Assembly (NCBI GenBank): GCA_000934665.2
Contig: KZ538135.1
Location: forward strand, 62,001-124,424
Origin: Catajapyx aquilonaris
Lineage: Eukaryota
Length of the DNA stretch: 62,424 nt
Reading direction: 5' to 3'
This document shows positions 38,701 through 51,800 of the stretch, piece after piece (within the stretch, counting starts at the first letter, position 1; each line of letters opens with the position of its first letter). A program made the translations under genes and the position numbers. The notes beneath the pieces were generated by a model that worked only from the letters and a program-made list of their open reading frames with translations, searched no databases and was not told where the DNA came from.

Positions 38701-41700
38701 ACATTATCTGTTGATTTTATTTTCCTTGCACAATGCGCACATTGTGTAACCAACATTGCGCACTCACATTTCTGCTGTAATGAACATTACATACAGTAAA
38801 CGAGGTGCAATCTATGACAATATAAAAAAGCACAAATAAGTTCCAATAACTTCCCCTGAAATTTTGCAATATTTTGCACATTTCCACACGGAAACTTGCA
38901 AATAAGAAAAAAGTTGAAGGCCATAATTGCAACATAGACTGATATACATCAAATTATTTGCCTCTTTCTGATGCACATCTCTTGTAGTTCTCACGACAAC
39001 ATAATGTACTTGAAATGCAGAAAAAAATTCGCCAAATTCCTTGTAAGACATCTGTAATAAACACCTACTATTTTAAACCACTTACAGCCATCTGACTAGT
39101 TCTATTCTGATCCCTAGTGTTACACTAAAATGCTGCTGCTCTCTCTTCTATAAGAGTAGGTTGTTGGATGCTGCTAATTGAATCAGCCATGCAACAAAAG
39201 CAGTGCCGCCGACACTTTTGCGGCTCCGCAGCAAAGTCATTAAACAAGCAGCAAAGGTACTGTACCCTAATAAAATTTTCGCGTAGATTAGAACCGGACT
39301 TACAAGATGCGCCATGGAAGTTCTAAGGTTCCACGAAGAGCGGCGGAACCGAGGTTGTAGTTCCCAGAGGTTCTATACGTATAAAAAAGCAGAAATGTGA
39401 ATATCTATGCTTAATTGCAAGTAAAGGCCGTCTGCTAATTAGCGCAAAAACATTTGCATCACTGAATTCGCATTTTGTTTCTAGAATTGCATTTAATAGG
39501 CTGTAAAAGCTCATTGCAAGTAGCTTCCGCAGCTAATTGTTGTAGCTTCCGCAGCTAATTGTTGTAGCTTCCGCAGCTAATTGTTGTAGCTTCCGCAGCT
39601 AATTGTTGTAGCTTCAACAGCTCATTGTAGTAGCTGCCACAGCTCAAGCTTCTACAGCTCACGGCAAGTACAGCTCACTGCAAGTAGCTTCCACAGCCAA
39701 TGGAAGCAGCTTCCGCAGCTAATTGTAGTAGCCTCTACAGATCACTGCAAGTAGCTTTTACAGCCCATAGAAGCAGCTTCCGCAGCTAATTGTAGTAGCC
39801 TCTACAGATCACTGCAAGTAGCTTTTACAGCCCATGGAAGCAGCTTCCGCAGCTAATTGTAGTAGCTTCTACAGATCACTGCAAGTAGCTTTCACAGCTC
39901 ACTGCAAGTAGCTTCCGCAGCCCATGGAAGTAGCTTTCACAGCTCACTGCAAGTAGCTTCCGCAGCCCATGGAAGTAGCTTTCACAGCTCACTGCAAGTA
40001 GCTTCCACAGCCCATGGAAACAGCTTCCGCAGCTAATTGTAGTAGCTTCAACACCTCATTGCAAGTAGCTTCAACACCTCATTGTAGTAGCTTCCACAGC
40101 TAACTACTACAAGTAGCTTCCGCAGCTCATTGTAGTAGCTTCCACAGCTCATGGAAGTAGCTTCCACAGCCCATGGAAGTAGCTTCCACAGCTCATTGTT
40201 TAACTTTTAAAGCGTGTTGCAATGGGGTTTAAATATATTTTAGCAAACTTAGTGACGCAAATTGACGTACCGATGACGTTTGTTCCCACGACGTATGACA
40301 CCCATATTATCACCACATGCACACAGCACCCACATGTCCCATTTCCCTATACACCAAAAACAGACAAGCAAGTGATTGCTTCCCCATCACATAATGGCGG
40401 ACACTCTCCATGAATAATCCAACCTTCACTTCAGGAATAATGCATGTGAGCACATGCGAATATTCTCGCGCCAACCCGATGGATTGCATTGATTTATAAA
40501 TAATAGTAGCTCTCCCTAGATCTTGCCGATTACTAGTACGCATCGAGTCGACTTCTTATATAATCGTATCGACTATGGTTTTTTTGTAGGAGTAACTTGT
40601 GGTAACTTGTCCAACTTTGAATTACAGCCAGCCTGAACGTCCTTGGTCCTTTCTTGTCATTTTTGCCATTTTTTGGGAATTCCGCGAATGGAGCAAAAAA
40701 AAAACGCAAATTGGAGTAATGAAGAGGAATGGAGGCGATTCCCTAGGGCTTTAATGCACATTAACATCAGAATCAATACGACGTGGGCCGAATGGGAACA
40801 CGCAATTTGAAGAGTCTAATTTTGAAACCGGTTTTATTGGGAAGAATTAGATTATTTTTTTTTGCAAAAAGAGTTGGAATATAATTTGCGAGTAGGAATA
40901 GGCCAGTTTGGCGATAGTTGATTTTACACACGATTTGATATAATTGAAATTCAAAATAAATACAAATTTTGATGTCATTTTAAGTGTAACAATATTTGAA
41001 TTTTGAATTTTTTTAAAATTTTCACAGATTTGAAATTTTATAATTTCATCTTTAGTTTCAAATTTTTCAGATCTAATTATAATTTTATTCAAAATTTAGT
41101 TATAAACGCAGTATTTTTTTCCATTTCATTGTTAAAATTTTCAAATATTCATAATTTTAAATATGTTCAATTTTACAAAAAATCTATTTATTCATTTTTT
41201 AATTTTGGTTCAATTTAATGAAAATTTTATTTAAAACCTGCTGTTAAAACGCAGAGAAAATTTCAATAATTAACATTTTAAACAAATGTAAAGCTATTAA
41301 CGGCTCGTTAATAATCACCATTAGCTAGCAGTAGTTATCCTGACTCTAGCCGCCAATAAACTACAGGCTCAGATAACGTCACCATCCAGAAAATCCCTTC
41401 TGTCGCAAAAAAAAACCCTTGTTTACATTCCGCGCAAAAATTTCGCAGGCTTGAAAACCGGTCCCTAATTAAAAATCATCCCCATTTTTTTGCGAAAACA
41501 GATTAGGGCTATACATTTTCTCCATCGCTAAAAAAATTCGCGAATCTCCATTTTTTCACCAATGATCCTCCGCTTGCTTGATCCTTGTCGAAAAGATCAT
41601 CTTCTTCTCCAAATCGCTGAGCATGCATAATACTTTTCAATATCTATGAGGCGGATCCTAGAGCCGCGAAATAGCGCATCAGTTCCTCTTGAAAGAGCCC

Positions 41701-44700
41701 CAAGTTTTAAAGTTCTTAAAGAGAGAAAAAAAATGTCGCATAGCAGCTAGCAACAGACTTACTGGCGTCATTCCAGTAGTTTTAATCTCACCTATAGTCT
41801 CTCTGGTTGTCATCACTTGGTTACAATGCAACGTTTCTGGCCAGATTACATCACGATCCAGCTCTTTTTGTTCCCATGGCCATTCATACGGGTTTTTTTT
41901 GTTAAGAAAATGGGTTTGGTCTAGCAAGGCGGTATGGAGTTTCGGACGCAGCCAGCCCGCGATCCAATGAGGAGGCGGGTTACATAGTTAAAAAGCGTCC
42001 GAATTAGTTGCCACCTTGGTAGGATGTAACTTGATGCAAAAAATAATGTTATTTTAAGCCTTAGATCAGAATGGGCTATGTGACTGTCTATAATAGATAC
42101 ATATGTACAAAATAGAGCTTTAAATAGACACACTAACAGCTTAATCACGGCGAGAAATGCCTGTTTTTAAGCAGGTTTTTGGTAGAAAATGGTACTCACA
42201 CGTCCAGGCGTCCAATGTAGTTGGGGTGAGAACCAGAGTCATCGTCGTTGTCGTCGCTACTTGGCGGGTCTTCGATCAGGATGGGGATGGCCGGCCTGTG
42301 GAACAACAAAAGACAACAAAAGTCAAGTCATCCCCCACTATATCCGTCGTAACACTAAGCCAATCAGTGCGTCAAACCGCGTCTTGTCGAATCTTGTATG
42401 TGTGTGGTGACATAAATGACATAAACATCAATGTGGTCTGTGCATTGTTGCATTCCCCATCAACAATTACGTGCTGTAGTGGGCCACAATCAGAAATAAT
42501 GTACTCAGTGAGAAATTGTGCGGCACTAATTATATTTAAGAACAAAAGAAGAGTGTCCAGGGTGAGTCATCATTTCAATTTAACCAGGTTTACAGACCCT
42601 GAGAGTGGCAGGAGTGTGGTGAGAAGGATCTATGTGATTGGTAGTGGTACTACATGGACAGTCTGGATTGACGTGATGACTCACCCTGGACAAACTAGTG
42701 CCAACTACTTTTTGCCACCGAGTGTAACCAACAGTGTAATTTTGTAATTCATAGATGTCTTGGGGTTGACTTACCGCCTACTGCGAGCCATGGAAAGGTC
42801 GCTTTGATGTCGCGAGGGTTTTTTGGAGGTCCAACCCTTCTGGCTCTCCCCATATAAGTTGGGGGCACTTTGACTTTCCCCTCTTGAGCATCTGTAACGG
42901 GTGGGGGTAATTGTACACACCCTGTGTGACTCATTATATTTTAATTAAAAAAATAATACTATTTGCTCTATCTCAGAACCCATAGTTCCAGTGCTGCCAA
43001 CCCAGATCCTGATCGATCCAAAATCCGGGATGTTCTATAGCCTACAGGGGGGGAGGGGAGGGGGGGGGACTTAATAAGGAAGTAATTTGATCCTAGGGAA
43101 ATAATTTTGAAAGCGGTTGGAAATCGAGGCTTTTCCGCTCCGGTTGCTGGATGCAACAACCCTACAGATAAGAAGCCCTTCCAAGGAGGAGTCTGACGAA
43201 TGGAAAATCGAGGACCTAAGTCATCCCTGGGAAATCCAATATCTCAGCTACTAACAGGGTGTTCCAACAAGATATAAAACTTAAAGAGGAATAGGAAGAG
43301 CACATATATTTCTGGGGAAAAAATATTGAACAATGTAAATTTTTGGATACTAGCTTTAGTCACTATCACCACACGTAAAAACAGTTGTTTTTAACTGCTT
43401 ACATATTTTCTCCTTACAAAGAAGCAGCTAATCAATTAGCTGCTTCTTTGTAGAGAGGAAAATATTATTGAGATCGCCTGGTCACTACATTATATCAAAT
43501 TATATTAATAAAGCAATGTTGCCAATATAGTTGGCCAAATAATCGGATTGGGCCGCAATTAACGCAATAGTTACTTTTAACAGCTAATAATATTTCCTGC
43601 TAATTAGGAAACCATAACTTTTATTCATTTTTCAATAATTAAGTTGTATTTAGATGTTAATATTTTGATTATTCGTGTATCATATCGGACTTTACATATT
43701 TGCGTAGGTCATTATCAAAACCATTCTACCTTCGAAAATTTTCGAAAAAATGAGTTAGCAACGGTCTTGTTGAAACCCCCTGTATAACAGTCAACTTCGA
43801 TCCATCGACTAGAGACAGACGTCGCAGGCGCCATCTGGGCGTCTCCCAGAAATGAAGGAGAGAAAAATCTCATCACCTCTTAATATACGGTATATTTTTC
43901 TTCATGAACTTCAACTAAGATTGGAACCAGTTTATACTTCATCTTAAAACCGTCTTCATTTTTGAATCATTTTTTTTTTCTTCTTGGTTTTATCTGGCTT
44001 AACTCTGGGGTGGAATGAACTTTGCTCTTCTAGCGGGCCTAGCCTCTCTCCAATAGGCGTCGAGTTACGCCCTCTTCGGAAATCTAGGTCAGCATCGCCC
44101 TTTGACATTCGAGCAGGCGACAAATTTGCTTCGCACAAAGAGGAAATTTCACATCAATCAGAATGTGCAACCTTATTCGCAGAGACCCGGAGTAATATTT
44201 CAAATCTCTCTTGGCCGTATCATCAATGCCCGCTTTTGATGCCATCTGTTGGTATGTCATGCAATCAACTTATCGCCATCTACTGACGGAATGTTCAAAC
44301 TCAATTAATATTTACGGACACTTAACTTACAATTGATCGTGTATGGCGACATTATACACCCACGATTCGTTATTGAGTTATAAGAGACATACATTATTTG
44401 CGGGGAGTAATTTTAGTGATTAATTTTCGTGGGCGGGGCTAAAAGTGAAGTTTTTTGAGCCTCGCCCCTACCCACTTCCTGGACTCAAAATTAAATAATG
44501 GCGTTGTCAGAGGGTTTATTCACTCTTACTGTACAAGAATAGATCTGGTTTAATTTGTTAAAATTATCTGCAGCCTTATTTGGAATCTGCAGGACGATAA
44601 TTTTTTCGAAATTTCCGGAATTTCCTGCGATAATTTTCAGACAATTTATGAAAATACAGAAAATTCCAAAAATTCATTGAAAATTCATGAATATTGCAGG

Positions 44701-47700
44701 GAAATCCTGGGTGATTCCAAATGTTCAAAATTTGCTACAGAATTTTCGGAATATTGCGTAAAATTAATCTTATTGTTCTGAAATACTTGAGCAATATTTG
44801 AATATCTGAAATTAACAATAATTTCCTCAGTAATATTTCAGTTTCAGGAGTTTACTATGGTTTCCGATTTTTTTTTTGGAATCGACAGTAATGTTTGAAA
44901 TTTTTCTGGATTTTTAAATATGATCCCCAAAATGTCTCGAAATTTTCGAAATATTCTGTAATTTTCTGTTGTCTTGAATTTCGGTTTTTTTTTTTTTTTG
45001 CAACTTCTGGGAAATACGTATGTGAAAATTTTTGGGGATTTCCAAAATTCCGAGCATTTTCTACAAATTTCTTGAATTTTATCTGGAGCCAACATATTGC
45101 TCGGTTGCATAATCTTGGGATGCGACAAGGGTTTCGCCTTTTCATCACAACGAGCCTTTTCAGGTTTCTGAAAGGCCTAGTCCCCAACTATTGAATTATT
45201 GGAGCTTTTTCTCTTCCCCCCCCCCCCCCGCCTTTTTTTTTAAAAAAAAAGGGTGCGGAGAGAGAATTTTGGAAAATTCCTGACGGGGGGGCGGTGGGGG
45301 TTGGAGTTTACTTGGCTCGAAGCCAAATCGGTTGACTTTCCCATTGTGTCCTCCAATGAATTTAAAGCGTCCTTTGCTTTAAATGCCGCTTAGAGAGTTA
45401 ATCACTCTCTTAGTATAGTCTAACGTTAGTCACAAGTTTCCTGGCCGGCAATAGCAAAAGTGACGTCACCATCTTGGCTCTAACACCTCTCCGTACAACA
45501 TAGTACTATACTTACCCGCAAAGAATGACAAATGCGACAAACCAATGCCAAGTAAATTCGGATGAATGGCCAGCTACCCATGTCACAACCCATTCACTAT
45601 GTAGTGGTAACAATAACAATAACAACAATAATAACACAACTCATTAAATATAATATAACAATATTATTACATAACAATAGTCAAAATAATAATATAACAG
45701 TTAAAATAATAGAATAGTCAAAATAATAGTATAACAGTTAAAATAATAGAATAGTCAAAATAATAGTATAACAGTTAAAATAATAGAATAGTCAAAATAA
45801 TAGTATAACAGTTAAAATAATAGAATAGTCAAAATAATAGTATAACAGTTAAAATAATATAATAGTCAAAACAATAATACAATAGTCAAAATAATATAGG
45901 GTAAAAGTTGAAATCTAATAGTTGAAATAATAATTATAGTTGAAATAATATAATAGCCAAATATAAGTTAAATAATAATACAGGGTGGTCCAAGTTCAAG
46001 TGTCGTTTTATAACGGCGATTAATAGAAGCGCTTAACGATGACGTAGCAGCGACGTGTAAAATTGCCCACTTCGATCGCGCCGAAGATGCGCCGAAGTGG
46101 GACATTTTACGCGTCGCTGCTACGTCATCGCAAATCACTGCTATTAATCGCCGTTTTAAAACGGCACTTGAACTTGGGACCACCCTGTATAATCGTTACA
46201 ATAATAGCATAACCTAAAGCAATAATATAAAATAACAAAAATAAAATGAAAGAATGAAATAAATAATAATAAAAAAGCTTGTTGTTGTTGTTGTTGTTGT
46301 TGACTTTCATGATGTCGCGATTTCTGTTGACGTCAGAATAATTCAGTCACTTTGCTCCCAAGAATAAACAATTGTTTATTGCAGCACGTCGATACTGCCT
46401 CCTATTTCCAAGGGACTAAAGATAGCTCTTTCGCCTATCACTTTTTTCAATTCATGGCTTCTCCTTCCTCGATAGGGAGACTATAGAAACTGCGTTTCAT
46501 GGATTGGCCCATCATCTCACGAAACTGAAACCTCCATTTCCTCAGCTTTTTGACGCCCAATAGTTGTTTTTTTTTGTCGGAGGTCAAAATGTCGCCCAAT
46601 ATACAAGAGGGTTGACCAATCGGAAGGCATGACATATGTCTGAAGCCTACCCCAACAGTACTTCATTGATAAGTAACACGCACTGTAACACACAAATCAA
46701 GTCTGCAACAATGCAAAAAAAGGGGTGGGGGAAGGGGTGGGGTGAATAATGGTAGTGTCTATGTGGGCATTGCTATCGATTTTCTCACGTGCAACTAAGC
46801 AAGCGATATGGCGACCGTGCGTGATGCTTGAAACTGCACGTCAACCAACGTTTTTCTCCTTGCAATTTTTATCTGTAGCCTTCTTTCAAAACTATAGGAG
46901 GCTTATTTCAAAGACGTTTGAAAGACACACGAACTTGCTTGGAATACATTTCGGTTTGGATTCTCGCTAGGCTCTAAAACCTGTTATTAGTGCGCTAACA
47001 GCAGATATTTTCTTAAGTTCTACTGAAGTAGTAGTTATTATTCTCAATTATACTCTAATATCAGATCTATTATATTGAGTGCTACTCAAATAGCACCTTA
47101 GATCTACTCTAATAGCAGTTATTATACTCAATTCTACTTTAATAGCAGTTATTATACTCAATTCTACTCGAATAGCAGTTATTATACTCAATTCTACTCG
47201 AATAACACCTATTATATGGAGTGCTACTCAAATAGCACCTTAGTTCTACTCAAAAAGCTCTTTAGTTCTACTCAAATAGCTCTTTAGTTCTACTCAAAAA
47301 GCAGTTATTATACTCACTTCCACTCAAATAGAAATAATTATGATACTCACTTCCCTCAAAAAGAAATTATGATACTCACTTCCCTCAAAAAGAAATTATT
47401 ATACTCTATTTGACTCGAATAGCACCTATTATAATCAGTGCTTCACAAAGAGCCGTTTAGTCATACTGTAATAACAGCGATTATACTCACTCATACTGTA
47501 ATAGCAGCGATTGTACTCACTTCTACTGTAATAGCAGTTATTATACGCATTCATACAGTAATAGCAGTTATTATACGCACTTCTACTGTAATAGCAGTTT
47601 AGCCATACTCAAATAACAGTTATTTTATCTAGTTCTGCGATGATAGGAGTGACTTCGCTTGGGTTTACTCTAATAAAACCTTATTTTGCATTCCCATTAT

Positions 47701-48808
47701 AGACTATGGGCGGAATTTCGCCCCACTGCTAGTTACTGCTAACCTAATTAGCAGTACCGCTAGTGTTGAGAATGGTTACTAAGTTAGCAGTAGCTAGCAG
47801 TGGGACGAAAATTCCACCCTATATATTCTAATTTAGAAGCCTACTCAAATACGTAGAAGTTATTTTTACCAATTTCTATTTTAATATCAGTTATTTCAGT
47901 CGACTGTCCTGCAAATTCTTTTGCACAACTAGCAGCGACTATTATATTCGTTAGAAGACTACACTAATAGCAGTCATTTGACTCGCATTGTTAGCAGGCC
48001 TATCAAGTAGTGTGAATTTTCAGAGCCACTTCCGATATAGTAGACCCTTTTATGGGCACACTTCGGATACAGTAGACCAGAGACCCATGGCAGATGACCC
48101 CTGACGTTATTTTAACGACTTTTACATCAATTTAACGACTTTTAACGTCAATTTCACGTCAAGAAGTGTAAATACGACTATTGTACCATTGAGACGATAG
48201 TTTGACGTGAAATTAACATAAAAGTCGTTAAAATAACGTCAGGGATCATCTGGCTTGGGACTCTGGTCTAGTATATCCAAAGTGTGCCCATAAAAATGTC
48301 TACTATATCCGAAGTGGCTTTGGACTCCGAAAATTCACACTATAATAAAAATGTAATGTTATACTTGCTGTATTCTGGAGCAGTTTTAGTACACTAATAG
48401 GCCTACCTGTTATTTTTAGATGACCTCAGGCTAATATTAACAGCAATTTTTTTTCCTTGGTAAAGCTCCCGTATCAGTTACAAGTACAGTGTTGGACATT
48501 AATCATACTGCTTGCGACATTTTCCGATGCGGCAAAAATGCACATGGAAGTGATAGAGTGTGAGCCGTGCGAGTAAGAAGAGGTAGGCCTTGAGTGACGT
48601 CACCGGCTGGGGGGGGGGGCAATGGAGAAAAGGCTTGTTCCCAGCCAGTGACGTCACCTAAGGGCTACCATTTCTTACTCGCACGGCTCCCACTTCAATA
48701 TGCACGTCTGCCTCATCAGAAATGTCGCTAGCAGTATGAATGAATTAATGCCCAGCACTGTACACCAATACATCTATCTTCTATCGACATAAATAAAGCC
48801 GTTTGTGA

Positions 48809-48839
<31 letters not shown>

Positions 48840-51800
48840 CGCCTGCCAACCGTCATTTGCTTGCCATCTGTGCTTCACCCCCAGGCCGGGAGAGGATGGA
48901 GGTGTTAGGGGTTCACGACAGATGGCACGGTTGCCGTTATACAGGCGGGAGAGGTTGAAGGTGTTGGTGTAGTAGGACCACAGATGGCGGACACACAGAA
49001 AGACAGACAGTTGACGAGGGTACTGGCAGGTGTTTTCCCTTCATTCATTTCTTCCCGGGCAACGCCGCGTCGGGTGCCGCAGCTAGTAGTTGATCAAATA
49101 TGACACTAATAGGAGCTAATAACAGCAATTATTAGTTATTTAGCAGTAGTTCGAAGTTAGCTTTTATTTACAGCTAATTTCTTAATAGCAATTACAACAC
49201 TGATGCCACATTTAGTGAGAGGTATTTGTTTCGGGTATTATCGTATGCGCTTAAGCAACTAAGGCGATCGGTTAGAAATATTGAGCTGAAAGGGTTGGAA
49301 TGTTTGTTTTTTTTCCAGTGGAGATAAGACAATTCAGGGTTGTAAATAAACCATCTGGTGTTGGAACAAAAACAAATCGATCTGCGATTTTTCTATACCA
49401 GGAGAGGAAACATCCCCTAGTTTCCTGCAGTAGAAATTGCTCCTTCGGGACATTGTTAGCGAAGGTTCGGGGTGTGTGAAAACGACTCCTAAGTACACAT
49501 CCGCCAAAGCAGAGCAATCTGGCTATGTAATTAACACCTGAAGGGGAGGGTGTTTGAACTACAGGGTGATCCAAAAACGAACCAGCATAATCGAATATTC
49601 CCCCTAATTTTCTCTATTCGATTCAATAGTAGTTAACAATCGATCTATTTTGAGCTATTTTTAGCATGCAATTTCATACATGGAATTTTGCCATTACTTG
49701 CGCTAGTATATTCTAGCAATGAAAACAACCAGTTGCTACTCCTGTAAACAATCACACGCACTATTAGCTATAACACCATATTAAATTAAGTAATAAATAT
49801 CTGATTTGCAACATAATCTGAGATTAACTCCTTAATTTGTGCCTTCCACTTTAGAAAAAAATAGTTTTAAATAAACTACTAACGTGAGTGGTTCCATCTG
49901 GCTAGAACCGGGCTTAGATCGATCATCTCTAAAATTGCAAGGGTCGATCTAATTTAATGACTAGTTTCAGGTTGAGATAACGGGCCGCAAAAACCCTCAA
50001 AAAAAAAGAAAATGTGACCTTACATAATCATTTTTTTTTGTTTTAAACGTATGCGCCAAGACACGCTGACCTTCGCTCCGTTATTGTCTCAAGACTTATG
50101 ATAGACATTCAATATAGAGGTTGACCTACTGACCTGTCCCTCATCCTAGGTGAGGAGGCCGGTGTGGTCACCAATGGCCTTCCGACGACGCCACATTTTT
50201 TTCCTCTTCAACAATTTTCAAAAAAAAAGGGTTGGAGGGGTCGTGACCCCTTGACCCAACCCTGGGTCTCTTTTTTTTGAGAGGTAAAACCCTGTGTGTA
50301 TATTACTGCCTGGCTTTCCCCTGTGCTGTAACGTCACTAGTCCCGGAGACGGCCAACCCCAGCTCGCTCTATCGATTTATAAAAGGAGGGGAAGGTGGGG
50401 GGGTTTATATGGGGGGAAAGGGGGGGGGAGGTGGGTTTGTTATAGGCCTACACTGCGCAGGGTACGTGTAGGTGAAGTATGTACTGTACAGTAGTTGTAA
50501 GAGAGTTACAGAGCTGTCAGAGGGGTAGCTGGCGCCATCTGTTGGAAGGGGTTCAATCAGTTAGTTATGGTTATCGGAGTGTCAATCCGCATAACCTCTC
50601 AAGTAATAATAATAAGTAAATGTTAATAGAAAATACTGATCATACACACAGTATTGACATGTGTGACACCACCATATGTGACACATAAACAAGCTAGGAG
50701 TCATTAACAGACCAGCATTACAAAAGCAACGACAATGGTGCCATCTAGTGAGTGACTGTCTGAATTATCATATACTGCAGGCGCCATCTGTTTTCAAGAC
50801 TTAATTACTTTAGGAGAAAAGCATGATTTGTCAAAGGCCAATTAGCCCCCTAGCTGTTACTTTGATTGTATTATATATGTCTACTCGAAAAGCTTATTAT
50901 TATTTCAGGTCATGGTTCAAGCACCTGAACCGCAGGTCGGCCTACATTTCAGATCTGATTTCGAGCACAAATCTCGGGGAAAAAGCCCAGGTCAAACCAA
51001 ATTTGATTAGAGAATTAGGGTCGACTTTGGATTTACCTCGGAGTGGTAATTAGCTTTGGAAGCCTCACACTTCATAACCTGGAGGCAATTGGCTGCATAC
51101 ATGACCCAAGTTCACAGAATTTTGTTTACTGTGCAGGTCAGGGTTCAAACTAGGTCATGTGAACGATTCCAAATAATAGGTCAGAGGTCATATATAATTG
51201 ACTTATGTCCTCTACTGGTCTTATTTCTAGGCCTACATGCTTAACTATACTATATTTAAATCCATTAAATTAAAATTAAATAATTGTAGGATACTATTAA
51301 TATTATAAATGTAACAATTAGTAAAATAAATAATATAATAACAAATAAATGTAATTAGTAAAATAAATAATATAATAACAAATAAATGTAATTAGTAATA
51401 TAAATACTACACCAGATATTATATAATATATAGTAATATAATATGATAATGTATAATATGATACAATGATAATATACATGATACAATGATTATATATAAT
51501 ATGATACAATGATAATATACATGATACAATGATTATATATAATATACATGATACAATGATTATATATAATATACATGATACAATGATTATATATAATATA
51601 ATGTCAGCTATAATATATAATATAATAATATAATATAATAATATACGTTATAAAATAATATTATAGTGTATAACTGAATATAAGTAATCCTATGATATCA
51701 TAATTTTCACAAAGTTTATGGCAATTATTATATTTATAAATATATTTATTATTATATTCACCGTAGGGCCTATTTAATACAGTGAATATAATAATAAATA

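Noticed and set aside
39508..40200. CRISPR-like repeat-spacer appearance (also 31990-32830)
   Set aside because: Linkers are under 10 nt and reused, there are no cas genes, and the context is a eukaryotic intron.
42157..42747. 196-aa plus-strand ORF
   Set aside because: Antisense to a real exon, runs through a MITE, no recognisable domain.
43956..44138. Coding-like ORF MSKGDADLDFRRGRNSTP as a GRAM first exon
   Set aside because: The only donor is phase 0, which hits a stop in the next exon.
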